From Gammaproteobacteria bacterium (lineage in GTDB: Bacteria > Pseudomonadota > Gammaproteobacteria > Eutrophobiales > Eutrophobiaceae): DNA of 64,000 nt. Below are positions 1-10,109 of this stretch, piece by piece (position 1 is the first letter of the stretch; the number at the start of each line of letters is the position of its first letter). The notes under the pieces were generated by a model. It saw only the letters and a program-made list of their open reading frames with translations, had not been told where the DNA came from and searched no databases. Where the stretch lies: contig CAXMWX010000012.1 in assembly GCA_963422205.2 (NCBI GenBank), positions 64,001-128,000 on the forward strand, in the 5' to 3' direction. The position numbers were made by a program, and so were the translations under genes.

Positions 1-326
1 CATGGCCGCCGCCGCCGCCGCCATCAAAGACACCGCATGGGTGGCCGGGGTCCAAACAGAAAAATGCCCATGAGCGTGAGCGCATGACCCATGCCTTGAG
101 CCAGCTTGGCATACAGGTGGTGCCGAGCATGGCCAATTTTTACCTGCTGTGTTTTGATGCTGTTGCTGGCAAGACAGCACACGAGGCCGCCCGGTTTCTG
201 GAGAGCAGGCACATCATACCCAGGCCAACCGGTGGCGGCGAGAACGATACCTTGCGTATCACCCTGGGGCTTGAGAATGAGAACACGCAAGTGATAGCGG
301 CGCTGACCGAATACATGCAAGGATAA
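1..326 (+). CDS. hisC: 3' end of histidinol-phosphate aminotransferase-like (class II PLP) protein, truncated by window start
   Basis: VVPSMANFYLL ... LRITLG..EN C-terminal motifs; the upstream frame AAAAAAIKD..WV joins via an apparent extra A in the A-run at ~60-65. Confidence 0.6.
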   Translation, partial: WPPPPPPSKTPHGWPGSKQKNAHERERMTHALSQLGIQVVPSMANFYLLCFDAVAGKTAHEAARFLESRHIIPRPTGGGENDTLRITLGLENENTQVIAALTEYMQG

Positions 327-396
327 TGGCGTAACCTCATCGCCACACCCCGGACAGCCATTGACACCACAGGCGATAAAGCATTTTATAGTGACC

Positions 397-1384
397 ATGC
401 CAAAGACAGCGAGAGAGATCATGCCGCCGATTCTCATTGCCCTGGCGGCAGCAGCCAGCCTGGCCACCTGCAATGTGCGGGCGCAGGACTGCACGGCCCC
501 AACATAAACGCGCAAATCTATCTCGACAATGTGGATGTCCTCACCAGCACGCCCTCCACTGTCATAAACTCCATTCAAGTCAGTTGTACCGGGACGGCAG
601 GGCAATCCGTCAACGTCTGCCTGGCCTTCAGCCCCCAATCCGGCATGGCACAGCCCGGCACGGGCATGAGGAACCCTCGCTATCTGAACCGCATACCCGC
701 CCCGGGAGAAATGCCGGGGCAAGTGGCCGGGCGACTGGCCTTCAACTTCTACCAGAACCGCAACCCTACCCAGGTCTGGGGTGTACAGCGGCTGTCGGTG
801 ATGATCGGCGCCAACGGGCTTGGCAGCGAGTCCCGCAACTTCCGGGTGAGGACGGCACCGCCGCCCTCAACGACCCCGGCCGGCTTTTATTCGGCCGCAT
901 TCCAGTTGAACATGGCCTATAGCGATGCGGCATCGGGCGACTGCACGACCATGGCAGGAATCCGCAATTTTCCGCTCGCGGTGACGGCCAACGTGGCCAG
1001 CGGGTGCAATCTGTCCGTGATGCCGCTGGACTTCGGCACGCTAAATCACAACCTGACCGCCCGTGCTATTGACGCCACCGCACAGATTCAGGCGCATTGC
1101 ACGCTGGGCACGCCCTACCACATCGGCATGGACAAGGGCCGGGCGGGCAGCAGCCCCGCCGCACGCTTTATGCAGGGCGATGGCAGCTGGCAGGTGCGCT
1201 ATGGTATCTACCGGGACGCCGCCCGCCAAATGCCCTGGGGTGATAACAGAGAGGACAGACACGCTCCGCGGTAACTGGCTCCGGGCGGCCGCAGCTCATC
1301 CCGGCCTATGGTCGCATACCGCCACAGGAAACGCCGCCGCCCGGCATCTATACCGATAACGTAATTGTTACACTTAATTACTAG
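397..1384 (+). CDS. Csu-type pilus tip adhesin (CsuE-like, two spore coat U domains), frameshifted
   Basis: Signal peptide from ATG 397; ORF 531-1274 with C..LDFG, CT.GT.Y.I.MD.G, WG motifs; C-terminal YGRIPPQETPPPGIYTDNVIVTLNY* in another frame; shifts at ~500, ~1253, ~1273. Confidence 0.75.
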
Positions 1385-1517
1385 AAAAGCCGATAACTGC
1401 TTGCATTAACGGCGCTTTATGGATACAATGACGACAGCTGGCGTGCTGCTACTATGTGCGCTTTACTTGTTGTTTTAATGTATGTAGCTGTACGTATCTA
1501 TTTATAAGGCGTTGCTT

Positions 1518-2120
1518 ATGTCCTGGTTATGTATTCCGCAGTCAAGTGCTGCAAAACGGCCATCGGTGCTGCAAAACGGCCATCGGTGCTGCAAAACGGC
1601 CATCATCGGCGCCGCGGTGGCCGTGCTTGCCCTGCTGGCAGGCACCGCCCGTGCCGCCACAGAGACAGCCAACCTCACAGTGCAGTTCGACATGCAGGCG
1701 ACCTGCACCATTACCGGTGCCACGCTAACTTTCGCAACGCTCACGGGCGCCTTGATAAACGATGTGGAGGCAAGCACCAGTTTCACCGTCGATTGCTCGC
1801 CGGGTATCACCTACCAGGTCGGCATGGGCAATGGCCTGCACTACGCCAACAACATCCGCAATATGCAAAGCCAGGCGGGGGATAACGTCCCCTATAGGCT
1901 GTTCCGTGACACTAACCGCTCGACCGCCTGGGGCGACACCTTTGGCCTTCCCGCGGCGGGCGGCACGGTGTTCTCAGGTAGTGCGGGGGTAGCTGGCGGC
2001 GCAAGTAGTATCACCGTGTACGGGCGCATACCCGGGGGCGGGCCAGCCGGGCCGACCGGAACAACCACCCCCCCCGCCGGCACCTACACAGATACAGTGG
2101 TGATGACCTTAATCTACTGA
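1518..2120 (+). CDS. Csu-type pilin subunit (spore coat U domain)
   Basis: Signal peptide ending ARA; two Cys; YGRIP...PAGTYTDTVVMTLIY C-terminus; start uncertain (1518 ATG or 1566 GTG). Confidence 0.85.
   Translation: MSWLCIPQSSAAKRPSVLQNGHRCCKTAIIGAAVAVLALLAGTARAATETANLTVQFDMQATCTITGATLTFATLTGALINDVEASTSFTVDCSPGITYQVGMGNGLHYANNIRNMQSQAGDNVPYRLFRDTNRSTAWGDTFGLPAAGGTVFSGSAGVAGGASSITVYGRIPGGGPAGPTGTTTPPAGTYTDTVVMTLIY
1546..1604 (+). repeat. Tandem repeat, ~3 x 20 bp GTGCTGCAAAACGGCCATCG
   Basis: Read directly: copies at 1546, 1566, 1586. Confidence 0.95.
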
Positions 2121-2445
2121 GTTGATGCAGGGCCGGGCGATTGGGTTACGCTGTCCCGCCCCAAAAACAACATAACCTGAGGACGATGATGCAACATAAC
2201 ACCGACAGGCCGCTTGGCATGGCTACCATCCAGCATGAGAAAAACCGCTGAACCGCTTATATTCAAAGCGTTTTGCATATAAAGTCGTCCTGTGTGCTGG
2301 CTTATGCCTCACCTGATTCGGCCTGATCTGAATAATGAACCTGGCCTCAATCAATCCAGCACAGAACGGGCGCAGCAGTGTATGGCGCTATATGGCGGGC
2401 AGCAGTGCAAGTTTTTCAGGTCATTAAGGCTTAGATCGTTAAGGC

Positions 2446-2563
2446 TTGGTAACAAGGGTGTGTTGTCACCGTGGTTTTTTGTAACAGTGGGTTGTAACAG
2501 CAGTCGTTTTTTGTAACAGTGGGTTGTAGCATTTGTTGTAACAGCAGTAATTTTTTGTAACAG
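2446..2563 (+). repeat. Array of TTGTAACAG motifs upstream of second pilin
   Basis: Exact copies at 2479, 2492, 2511, 2536, 2555; degenerate copies at ~2446, 2463, 2524. Confidence 0.85.
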
Positions 2564-2618
2564 TCGTTTGGTAGTAAAGCCGTTTAACTTTAATCTCAAC
2601 CATAGTAAGGAGATCACA

Positions 2619-3161
2619 ATGATCACATACACACACAGGCACTCTCAGCTTGCCCTCGCCGGCAGCCTCATGCTCGTGCTGACCCTGTTGACAGGCACCG
2701 CCCGTGCCGCCACGATAACCGCCGACCTCACAGTGCAGTTCGAGGTGAATACAACATGCGCCATCGCTGCTGCGACTCTGGATTTCGGCAACTCCGCCGC
2801 GAACTCGCCGATATCAGGTGATGTCAATGCCACCGCCAATGTCAGCGTTGATTGCACGTCCGGCCTTGCCTATGAGATTACCATGAATGATGGCACCAAC
2901 GCATCAGGTACTGACCGCCGAATGAGTGACGGCGCAGCAACGCCCAGCTACATCACCTACGAGCTATACCGAAGTGCTGCCGACCGCGCGGCGGGCACCC
3001 CCCAATGGCGCGCCACCTCTGGCACGGATACCCTCACAGGCGTAGGCGCGGGGGCGGCGGTGAATGTCTCTGTCTTTGGCCAAATACCACAGTTAGCCGC
3101 CGGGGCAACGCCACCTGCTGGCAACTATGCCGACACGGTCGTGATGACCTTAACCTACTAA
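2619..3161 (+). CDS. Csu-type pilin subunit (paralog)
   Basis: AAGGAG RBS before ATG 2619; signal peptide; C..LDFG; FGQIP...PAGNYADTVVMTLTY; shares DNA segments with first pilin. Confidence 0.9.
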   Translation: MITYTHRHSQLALAGSLMLVLTLLTGTARAATITADLTVQFEVNTTCAIAAATLDFGNSAANSPISGDVNATANVSVDCTSGLAYEITMNDGTNASGTDRRMSDGAATPSYITYELYRSAADRAAGTPQWRATSGTDTLTGVGAGAAVNVSVFGQIPQLAAGATPPAGNYADTVVMTLTY

Positions 3162-3244
3162 ACCTTATCCGGCATCGTTATCTCCCCCTGTGATCCATCG
3201 CGTTATCCATCGTTGATCTCAGTAGATCTCAAGGGGGGGATGAC

Positions 3245-4018
3245 ATGTCCAGAAAAATGCCCCGGTTGCTGTCTGTACTGATATTCTGTACTGATATCCG
3301 GGGGGCAATCAGCAGGCGAGGGCTTGCGGTGTGGATTTGCATGCTGGCCGGGCTGGCACAAGCCGGCCAGATGCAGATCTCCCCCGTGCTGGTGGAGATA
3401 GAAGCCCCCGCAAGCGCCGATTCATTACGCATCAGCAACCAAGGCGATGCCCCGCTGACCGTGCAGATGCGTCTGTTTGGCTGGCGGCAGCAGGACGGCG
3501 AGGATATCTACTTCCAGACGCAGGATGTCGTTGTCAGCCCGCCCATCGTAGAGATAGCACCGGGCAAGTTCGCCGTGGTGCGTATTGTCAGGCGGGCGGA
3601 ATCCCCGCTCCGGGGCGAGGAGCCCTACCGCTTGTTTATCGACCAGTTACCCGATGTCACGCCTGGCGAGGATTCCGCCGTGTCGCTGCTGATACGCCAT
3701 GCCGTGCCGGTGTTTTTCTTCGATGCGGCCAGCCGGACAAGCCAGCCCGCCTGGACTGTCCGGCAGCAGGCCGGGCAGCTTCAAATCGGCGTGGTCAATC
3801 ACGGGCTGGGGCACATCAAGCTCTCCGCCCTCACTGTCAGCGACAGCCAAGGCAGGCAGGTTGCCTTCGGTGAGGGACTCATCGGTTATGTTCTCGGCAA
3901 CTCCTCCAGATATTTTGCCAAAGCGACCGACAAGACTCTGGCCGGCCCCGAGGTGCAGCTAAGCGCCAATTCCAACATCGGCAGGATCGAAGAAACCCTC
4001 CCCCTCTCCAGTGAGTAG
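3245..4018 (+). CDS. Periplasmic pilus chaperone (CsuC/PapD-like)
   Basis: ISPV; VVVSPP.VEI.PG..VVRIVR; E.PYRLFIDQLP; VPVF; GYVL motifs. Confidence 0.9.
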   Translation: MSRKMPRLLSVLIFCTDIRGAISRRGLAVWICMLAGLAQAGQMQISPVLVEIEAPASADSLRISNQGDAPLTVQMRLFGWRQQDGEDIYFQTQDVVVSPPIVEIAPGKFAVVRIVRRAESPLRGEEPYRLFIDQLPDVTPGEDSAVSLLIRHAVPVFFFDAASRTSQPAWTVRQQAGQLQIGVVNHGLGHIKLSALTVSDSQGRQVAFGEGLIGYVLGNSSRYFAKATDKTLAGPEVQLSANSNIGRIEETLPLSSE

Positions 4019-4024
4019 CTGGCC

Positions 4025-6750
4025 ATGCAGCGAGCGCCCCGGTTTGCGGCCCTGTTGCTGCTTGGCCTGTGGTTAAGTACCTATCCTGCTCTCTCGCCGA
4101 GGGCTGATCTGGATGGCCTCCTGGGTATCAACGATCTGCCTGAACCCAGCGCCCTGCCCGTTCGCACAGCCACCCTGCTGGCGCTCAAGAGCCTGCCTGA
4201 ACCTCCCCCTGCCGGGGACAGCCTGACAGAGGGGCATGCTGTGCCTCGGCCTGACTCATCGCTGCCCGGGCTATCCTGGGGACTGACCGGGCTACCCAAA
4301 CCAACCGGGGCGCTGCTGGGCATAGGCGACTTGCCGCTGACGGGCGGGCGGGCGAGGCTGAATGATCTGCTGCTCGCCAAAGCGCTTGCTGACCGAGGCG
4401 CTGCCCTGCCCAATGCCCCAGCCACTGGCGCAGCCGATCTTGAGGCCCTGCTGGCGGTCGATACCCCGACTGGCGAGGAGGATACGCAAATCCTCTACCT
4501 GGAGGTCTTCATCAACGATTATCCCCGCAATATGATCGCCGAGTTTATGCGTACCAACGGCGATATGGCCATCCGGGCAGGTGAGTTACCGGCGCTGGGC
4601 ATCGTACCGCCCGCCGCCCTGGCGGATGCTGACTGGGTCAAGATAGGCGATCTGCCCGGTGGTGCATATCGCTATGATCAGGCGCTACAGGCCATCTACC
4701 TGGAGCTATCGGCCAGCGCAATGCAAGAGCGCACCTACGCCTTCGAGCGAGGGCGAGGGGGGGGGGCGCTGCAAGCCACGGCAACTGGCGGCTTCCTCAA
4801 CTACCAGATCAATGGCGGCTATACCCGGCAGGGTGGTGAAGCGCGCTTTACCGGCATGTCGACCTATCTGGAGGGCTGGGGCTTCCATCCGGCTGGCTCG
4901 CTGCTGGGCTCGCTGCTGCTGGAATCCGACCCGACAGAGGCGAGCCATGCCAGACGACTGGGACACCTACTTCACCCGCTCCAGCGTTGAGCGGCAGACC
5001 AATCTGCGCCTGGGCGATCTGGTCGCTGGCGGCCTGGCCTGGAGCCGCCCTATTCGCCTGGGCGGGTTGCAGTACCGCAGCAACTTCGCCACCCGTCCGG
5101 ATCTCATCCGCCAGCCGCTGCCGGCATTTAGCGGCTCGGCCGCCGTGCCTTCCACTGTGGATATCTTCCAGGGCAACGTCAGACTGGCCAGCATGGCGGT
5201 CGAACAGGGGCGCTTTGAACTGATCGATATCCCCATGCGGGTGGACAATGGCGCGCTGCGGGTGGTCATCGCCGGGCCACAGGGCCGCCTGACCGAGTAC
5301 GCCCTGCCGTTTGGCACCAACCAGGCACTGCTGCGCCGCGGGCTGATGAGCTTCTCGCTGGAGGCCGGGTGGGCGCGGCGCGGCTACGGCACCCGGGCCG
5401 ATGAATATGCCCCTGAACCACTGGCCATCATCAGCGCCCGCCGGGGCTTAAGCGATGCGCTTACCGTGGAGTTTCACGGCGAGGCGAGCGCCGGTCTGAT
5501 CAATGCCGGGGCCGGTATCGTGAAGAGCTTCGGGCGCTGGGGGACACTGAATGCCGCCCTCGGCGGGCAGCCTCAGAGACGATGCCCGCGGCGAACTGGC
5601 GAATATCGGCTATACCATCGCCACCGGGCGCTTCAGCCTGGGCGCATCCAGCCAGCGGCGCTTCGGGGATTACTATGATCTGGCCGATACAACCCTGCGC
5701 GATGACAATGATAGCCTGCTTGATGCGCCCATCAGCCAGGATCGTCTGTTCGCCTCCATCAGCACACCAACACGTGGCATCAATCTGGGGGCCGGGTATA
5801 TTCACATTGAAAACGCCAGCGGCGTGCATCGCCACAACGGCGTGCTGTCTTTGCGCTATCCCATCAACTCCCGGATGCAGTTCCAGGCGCGCTCGCAAAC
5901 CAACCTCAACGAGTTTAACGATGCCAGCGTGTTTGCCGGGCTTTCCGTGCAACTGGACTCACGCTACAGCCTCAACACCGGCGTGACCTGGTCAGCGGAT
6001 ACGGTGCTGGGCAGCGTGTTTATCTCCCGCAACCGAAGCAGCGATGCCAGCGACTACAGCTATGCGCTGGGGGTGCAGAGCGATGGCGAGGATCATCAAA
6101 CCAGCGCACGGGCGCACCGCCAGTTTGAAAAACTGGATGTCGACGGTAGTCTGATCGTGCGCGAAGATAGCGCCAACCTGACCGGCCAGATGCGCGGCAG
6201 CCTCGCCTTCATCGACAAGACCATGCACATCAGCCGCTATATTAACAATGCCTTCGTGGTCGCCGATGCTGGCTATGAAGGTGTGCTGATCAAGCATGAG
6301 AACCGCGGCGTTGGCACCACCGATGCCAACGGCCTGCTGCTCATCCCGGATATTCTGCCCTATGAGGGCAATAAAATTTCCATCGACCCCGACACCCTGC
6401 CCATCGCCGCCATTATCTCTGAGACCGATACCTATGTGCGTGTGCAAGAGCGTGCGGGCGCCCTGGTACGCTTTGCCGGGGCTGAGGATACGCGCATCCG
6501 CATCAACGCCTACATCAGACGGGGCGATGGGGGAGAACTGCCCCCGGGTACGCCGGCCAGGGTGCTGAACACGGGCGATGCTGTCATCATCGGCCATGAC
6601 GGGCAGTTGTTCTTCTCCACCTTAGATGAGCAGAATCAGGTGGAGGTGATCACGGCGGACGGGCTGTGCCTGGTGGATATCGCCCTGCCAGAGGGCGCCA
6701 GCGGTTATGTGGATGTGGGCGAGCGTACCTGCCAGCCGACCAGCCCATAA
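4025..6750 (+). CDS. Outer membrane usher (CsuD-like), two apparent frameshifts
   Basis: LYLEVFIN, GGFLNY, LRLGDLV...RLGGLQY..NF..RPDL, ENR.VG.TD..G.LL motifs across ORFs 4025-4990, 4659-5678 and 5551-6750; extra G at ~4961 and ~5566. Confidence 0.88.
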
Positions 6751-6970
6751 TGTCAAGCGCATAAACCGCCGGCCTGCCGCCGACATCCGAACATCATCTA
6801 AGGGGGTTATCAGGGCGCAGCACAGGGGCTTGCTGGTCATCTGCCCGGCGACCATGCAGGCAAGCCGATCAATCTCCCTCTTATCTGCTGTCGGCCTGTT
6901 TTGCCTGAACCACATCCCGATGCAGGCCCGATCGCTGGTACTTGCTTTCGATAGCGATTACCATAGCCCG

Positions 6971-7762
6971 ATGATCGTTGAACAAATCTGGACGGCGAAT
7001 GCCTGGCGCAACTTTAACTACCTCATCGCCTGCCCAGAGACGGGCGAGGCGCTGGCCGTTGACCCGCTGGATCATGTACGCTGCCTGGGGCTGGCTAAGG
7101 ACAAAGGCTGGACGATCACCCAGATCATCAACACCCATGAGCATGGCGATCATACCGGCGGTAATCAGGCCATGGTGGCAGCGACCGGTGCCAGGCTGCT
7201 GGCACACCACCAGGCCGGGGACAGGATTGCCGGGGTAGATGTCGGCCTTCAGGCCGGCGATGTCCTCACGGTAGGGCGCACGGTTGAGATTGACATACTG
7301 GATACGCCCGGCCATACCCTGAGTCATGTCTGCCTGCTGACCAGAACGGATGCACCTGCCCTGTTCTGTGGCGATACCTTGTTTAACGCCGGTGCCGGTA
7401 ACTGTCATAACGGAGGGCATCCGAAGGCGTTGTATCTGACGTTTACAAGCCAGTTGGCAAAGCTGCCGGATAACACCCGCATCTACCCAGGCCATGATTA
7501 TATGCTCAACAACTTGCAGTTCACCCTTGCCCGTGAGCCCGGTAACAAGCGGGCGCAGGAGTTGCTGGCCGCATTGGAAGCGCATGATCCTGACAATGCC
7601 CTGATCACTTCAATGGCGCTGGAGAGAGCCGTGAATACGTTTTTCCGGCTGGATAATCAGGAGGTGATTGACGGGCTGCACCAGGAATTTCCCGACCTGC
7701 CCGCCAATCCAGATGAGAAGACCGTATTCTTAAAACTGCGCGAACTTCGAAATAAGTGGTAG
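6971..7762 (+). CDS. gloB: Hydroxyacylglutathione hydrolase (glyoxalase II)
   Basis: THEHGDHTGG, TPGHT, FCGDTLF.AG.G, YPGHDY metallo-beta-lactamase motifs. Confidence 0.88.
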   Translation: MIVEQIWTANAWRNFNYLIACPETGEALAVDPLDHVRCLGLAKDKGWTITQIINTHEHGDHTGGNQAMVAATGARLLAHHQAGDRIAGVDVGLQAGDVLTVGRTVEIDILDTPGHTLSHVCLLTRTDAPALFCGDTLFNAGAGNCHNGGHPKALYLTFTSQLAKLPDNTRIYPGHDYMLNNLQFTLAREPGNKRAQELLAALEAHDPDNALITSMALERAVNTFFRLDNQEVIDGLHQEFPDLPANPDEKTVFLKLRELRNKW

Positions 7763-7853
7763 TGCTTAAAGAGAGGGGCTGTTTGTTATCTCATCTCGCA
7801 AACCGCAGAGGCAAAAATACCATCATGCCGGGGCCGCTTTAGCGGCATGATAA

Positions 7854-9092
7854 TCAAAGCCTTGCAGGGGTTTCCAGAAATGTTTTAACCTGCTGTAGAA
7901 ATCTCGCCCCCAGTACCCCGTCAGTCGCACGATGATCACAGGACAGACTGACATTCATCATACTGGCTGTGCGTACACTCTCGCCATCAGCCACCACCCG
8001 CCGGGTCACGCTGCCAACCGCAAGCAGGGCGGCTTGCGGTGGATTAATCACGCCCTGAAATGCTGTTATGCCAAACATACCCAGGTTAGAGATGGTAAAC
8101 GTGCCATGGCGCATCTCGCCTGCCTCCAGGGTATGGTTTCTGGCGCGCTGGCTCAGGTTTTTGGTTTTTTCTGCCAGGCTTGACAGGCTCAATTTTTCAG
8201 CTTGATGGATAACAGGCGTCAACAACCCGTCATCGGTGGCGACAGCGAGGGCGATGTTCACATGGTTGTATTGTTGTATTGTGTTGTCCTGTACATGGAT
8301 GTTGACCTCGGGCATGGCCTGCAAAGCCAGCACACAGGCGCGCACTATCAGGTCGTTGATGGAGACCTTGTCTTTGCCGTTGTGTGCATTATTAATCGTT
8401 TGCCGGTGTGCCAGTGCGGCATCCATCGCTATGTCGGTCGTCAGATAGAAGTGGGGTATTTGCTGCTTGGCCGCAACCAGCTTGCGAGCAATCATCTTCC
8501 GCCTACTACTCATTGGAATAACCTCATGGGCAGCACTGTCTGTGTCATGACGGCCAGCGGCATGATGTTCAGCGAACGCCTCCACATCCTCTGTAGAGAT
8601 ACGGCCACCTCTGCCTGTACCCATGATCTCGGTAACATCCACCCCCAGCTTTTGTGCCAGGCGGGCGGCGGCCGGACTCATGTGCGGTTTCTGATAGCCT
8701 GTTTCCTGATTGTCTGCTTCAGTAACAGGCTTTGTTGATGTTTGCGTGTGTTTGATAACTGTTTCATGACCCTCATCATCAAAGGCAAATAAGGCATCGG
8801 CCGGTGTAAAGTCGGCAATGAATTGATCGATACGGCCATCGTCTGTCTCGATTGGGGCGATAACACCCAGCAAGGTGCCGACATTGGCTGTCTCATTCTC
8901 GGCGACAAGACGCCTGTGCAGCACACCGCTGGCAGGGACTTCCATGGTGTTGACGATCTTGTCGGTTTCGATATCGACAAGCTCATCACCTTTACTCACC
9001 TCATCCCCCTCATCAGCATGCCAGGATACGATCGTCCCCTTCTGCATTTCGATACCCCACTTCGGCACAGTAACGGGATAGATATCAGCCAT
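7854..9092 (-). CDS. acoC: Dihydrolipoamide acyltransferase (E2) of acetoin/2-oxoacid dehydrogenase complex
   Basis: Lipoyl domain ETDKI, subunit-binding domain SPAAARLA..GTGRGGRI, catalytic DHR..DG. Confidence 0.8.
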   Translation of the reverse strand: MADIYPVTVPKWGIEMQKGTIVSWHADEGDEVSKGDELVDIETDKIVNTMEVPASGVLHRRLVAENETANVGTLLGVIAPIETDDGRIDQFIADFTPADALFAFDDEGHETVIKHTQTSTKPVTEADNQETGYQKPHMSPAAARLAQKLGVDVTEIMGTGRGGRISTEDVEAFAEHHAAGRHDTDSAAHEVIPMSSRRKMIARKLVAAKQQIPHFYLTTDIAMDAALAHRQTINNAHNGKDKVSINDLIVRACVLALQAMPEVNIHVQDNTIQQYNHVNIALAVATDDGLLTPVIHQAEKLSLSSLAEKTKNLSQRARNHTLEAGEMRHGTFTISNLGMFGITAFQGVINPPQAALLAVGSVTRRVVADGESVRTASMMNVSLSCDHRATDGVLGARFLQQVKTFLETPARL

Positions 9093-10098
9093 GGCATACC
9101 ACCTCCCTGATGGCGGCTTCTATCTTGTCCGGCCCGGGGATATACGCACGTTCCAGTTCTTTGGCAAAGGGCACAGGGGCATGCGGTGCCGTCACCAGTT
9201 TTATCGGTGCTTTGAGTTTGTCAAAGGCACAGCCGGCGACAATACCGGCAATGTCTGAAGCAATGCTGCAACGGGGAGGCGATTCATCGACGATGACCAG
9301 CCTGCCGGTGTGTGCCAGGCTTTCAAAGATCATCTCCTCATCCAGCGGGGATAAGGTTCTGGGATCAATCAGATCGCAGGTGATGCCTTCAGCCGCCAGC
9401 CCGTCTATCACTTTTTCTGCAAAGATAACCATCCGGCCAATAGCAACCACCGTGGCATCATCACCCTCTCTTGGCATGGCCGCTTCCCCTATCGGGATGA
9501 GATAATCCGCTTCCGGTACGTCCATCTTGCGCGGGTACAATGCCTTGTGTTCAAAGAACACCACCGGATCATCATCTCTGATCGCGGATTTTAACAAGCC
9601 TTTGGCATCATAGGCATTGCTTGGCACGATGATCTTTAAACCGGGAACCGCAGTCAGCAGGGGATAGATGGTTTGTGAATGCTGTGCGCCCATATTCATG
9701 CCGGCACCGGTTGCAGTACGTATGACCAGCGGGCATGTGCTTTTGCCGCCGAACATATAGCGAAATTTGGCAACCTGGTTATAGATCTGATCCAGGCAAA
9801 CACCAACAAAATCAGCAAACATTAATTCAGCGATCGGACGCATACCGGCAAGTGCAGCACCCGCACCGGCGCCGATGATAGCCGATTCAGAAATCGGTGT
9901 ATCAATGACGCGCTCTGCACCAAACCGGGTCATCAATCCGGCTGAGACACCAAAGATACCGCCTGCCGCTTCAATATCACCCGATGTCCCTCCTGCACCA
10001 CCGGCGACATCCTCACCAAGAATGATAACATTCGGATCACGCTCCATCTCTTCGTGCATGGCCTGGTTAAGTGCATCGCGAAATGAGATTACTGCCAT
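9085..10098 (-). CDS. acoB: TPP-dependent acetoin dehydrogenase-like E1 beta subunit
   Basis: GEDV, DTPISE, ELMF.DF, AQHSQ, FFEHK. Confidence 0.85.
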   Translation of the reverse strand: MAVISFRDALNQAMHEEMERDPNVIILGEDVAGGAGGTSGDIEAAGGIFGVSAGLMTRFGAERVIDTPISESAIIGAGAGAALAGMRPIAELMFADFVGVCLDQIYNQVAKFRYMFGGKSTCPLVIRTATGAGMNMGAQHSQTIYPLLTAVPGLKIIVPSNAYDAKGLLKSAIRDDDPVVFFEHKALYPRKMDVPEADYLIPIGEAAMPREGDDATVVAIGRMVIFAEKVIDGLAAEGITCDLIDPRTLSPLDEEMIFESLAHTGRLVIVDESPPRCSIASDIAGIVAGCAFDKLKAPIKLVTAPHAPVPFAKELERAYIPGPDKIEAAIREVVCHG

Positions 10099-10109
10099 TT
10101 TATTATGCT

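Noticed and set aside
1370-1396. Sigma-28 promoter (GCCGATAA at 1389)
   Set aside because: No TAAA -35 element at the required spacing.
1546-2563. Possible CRISPR arrays (20-bp repeats, TTGTAACAG array)
   Set aside because: No unique spacers of proper length, repeats too short or directly adjacent, and no cas genes.
4950-5570. Programmed frameshifting in usher (also hisC, iorA)
   Set aside because: Single-base indels in 3-5 nt homopolymers without slippery heptamers; most likely sequencing errors.
6707-6970. N-terminal extensions from the ORF track (gloB, ACAD, HMGCS fusion, thiolase, ATPase, 44759 ORF)
   Set aside because: They overlap neighbouring genes or promoters; downstream starts fit family N-termini better.
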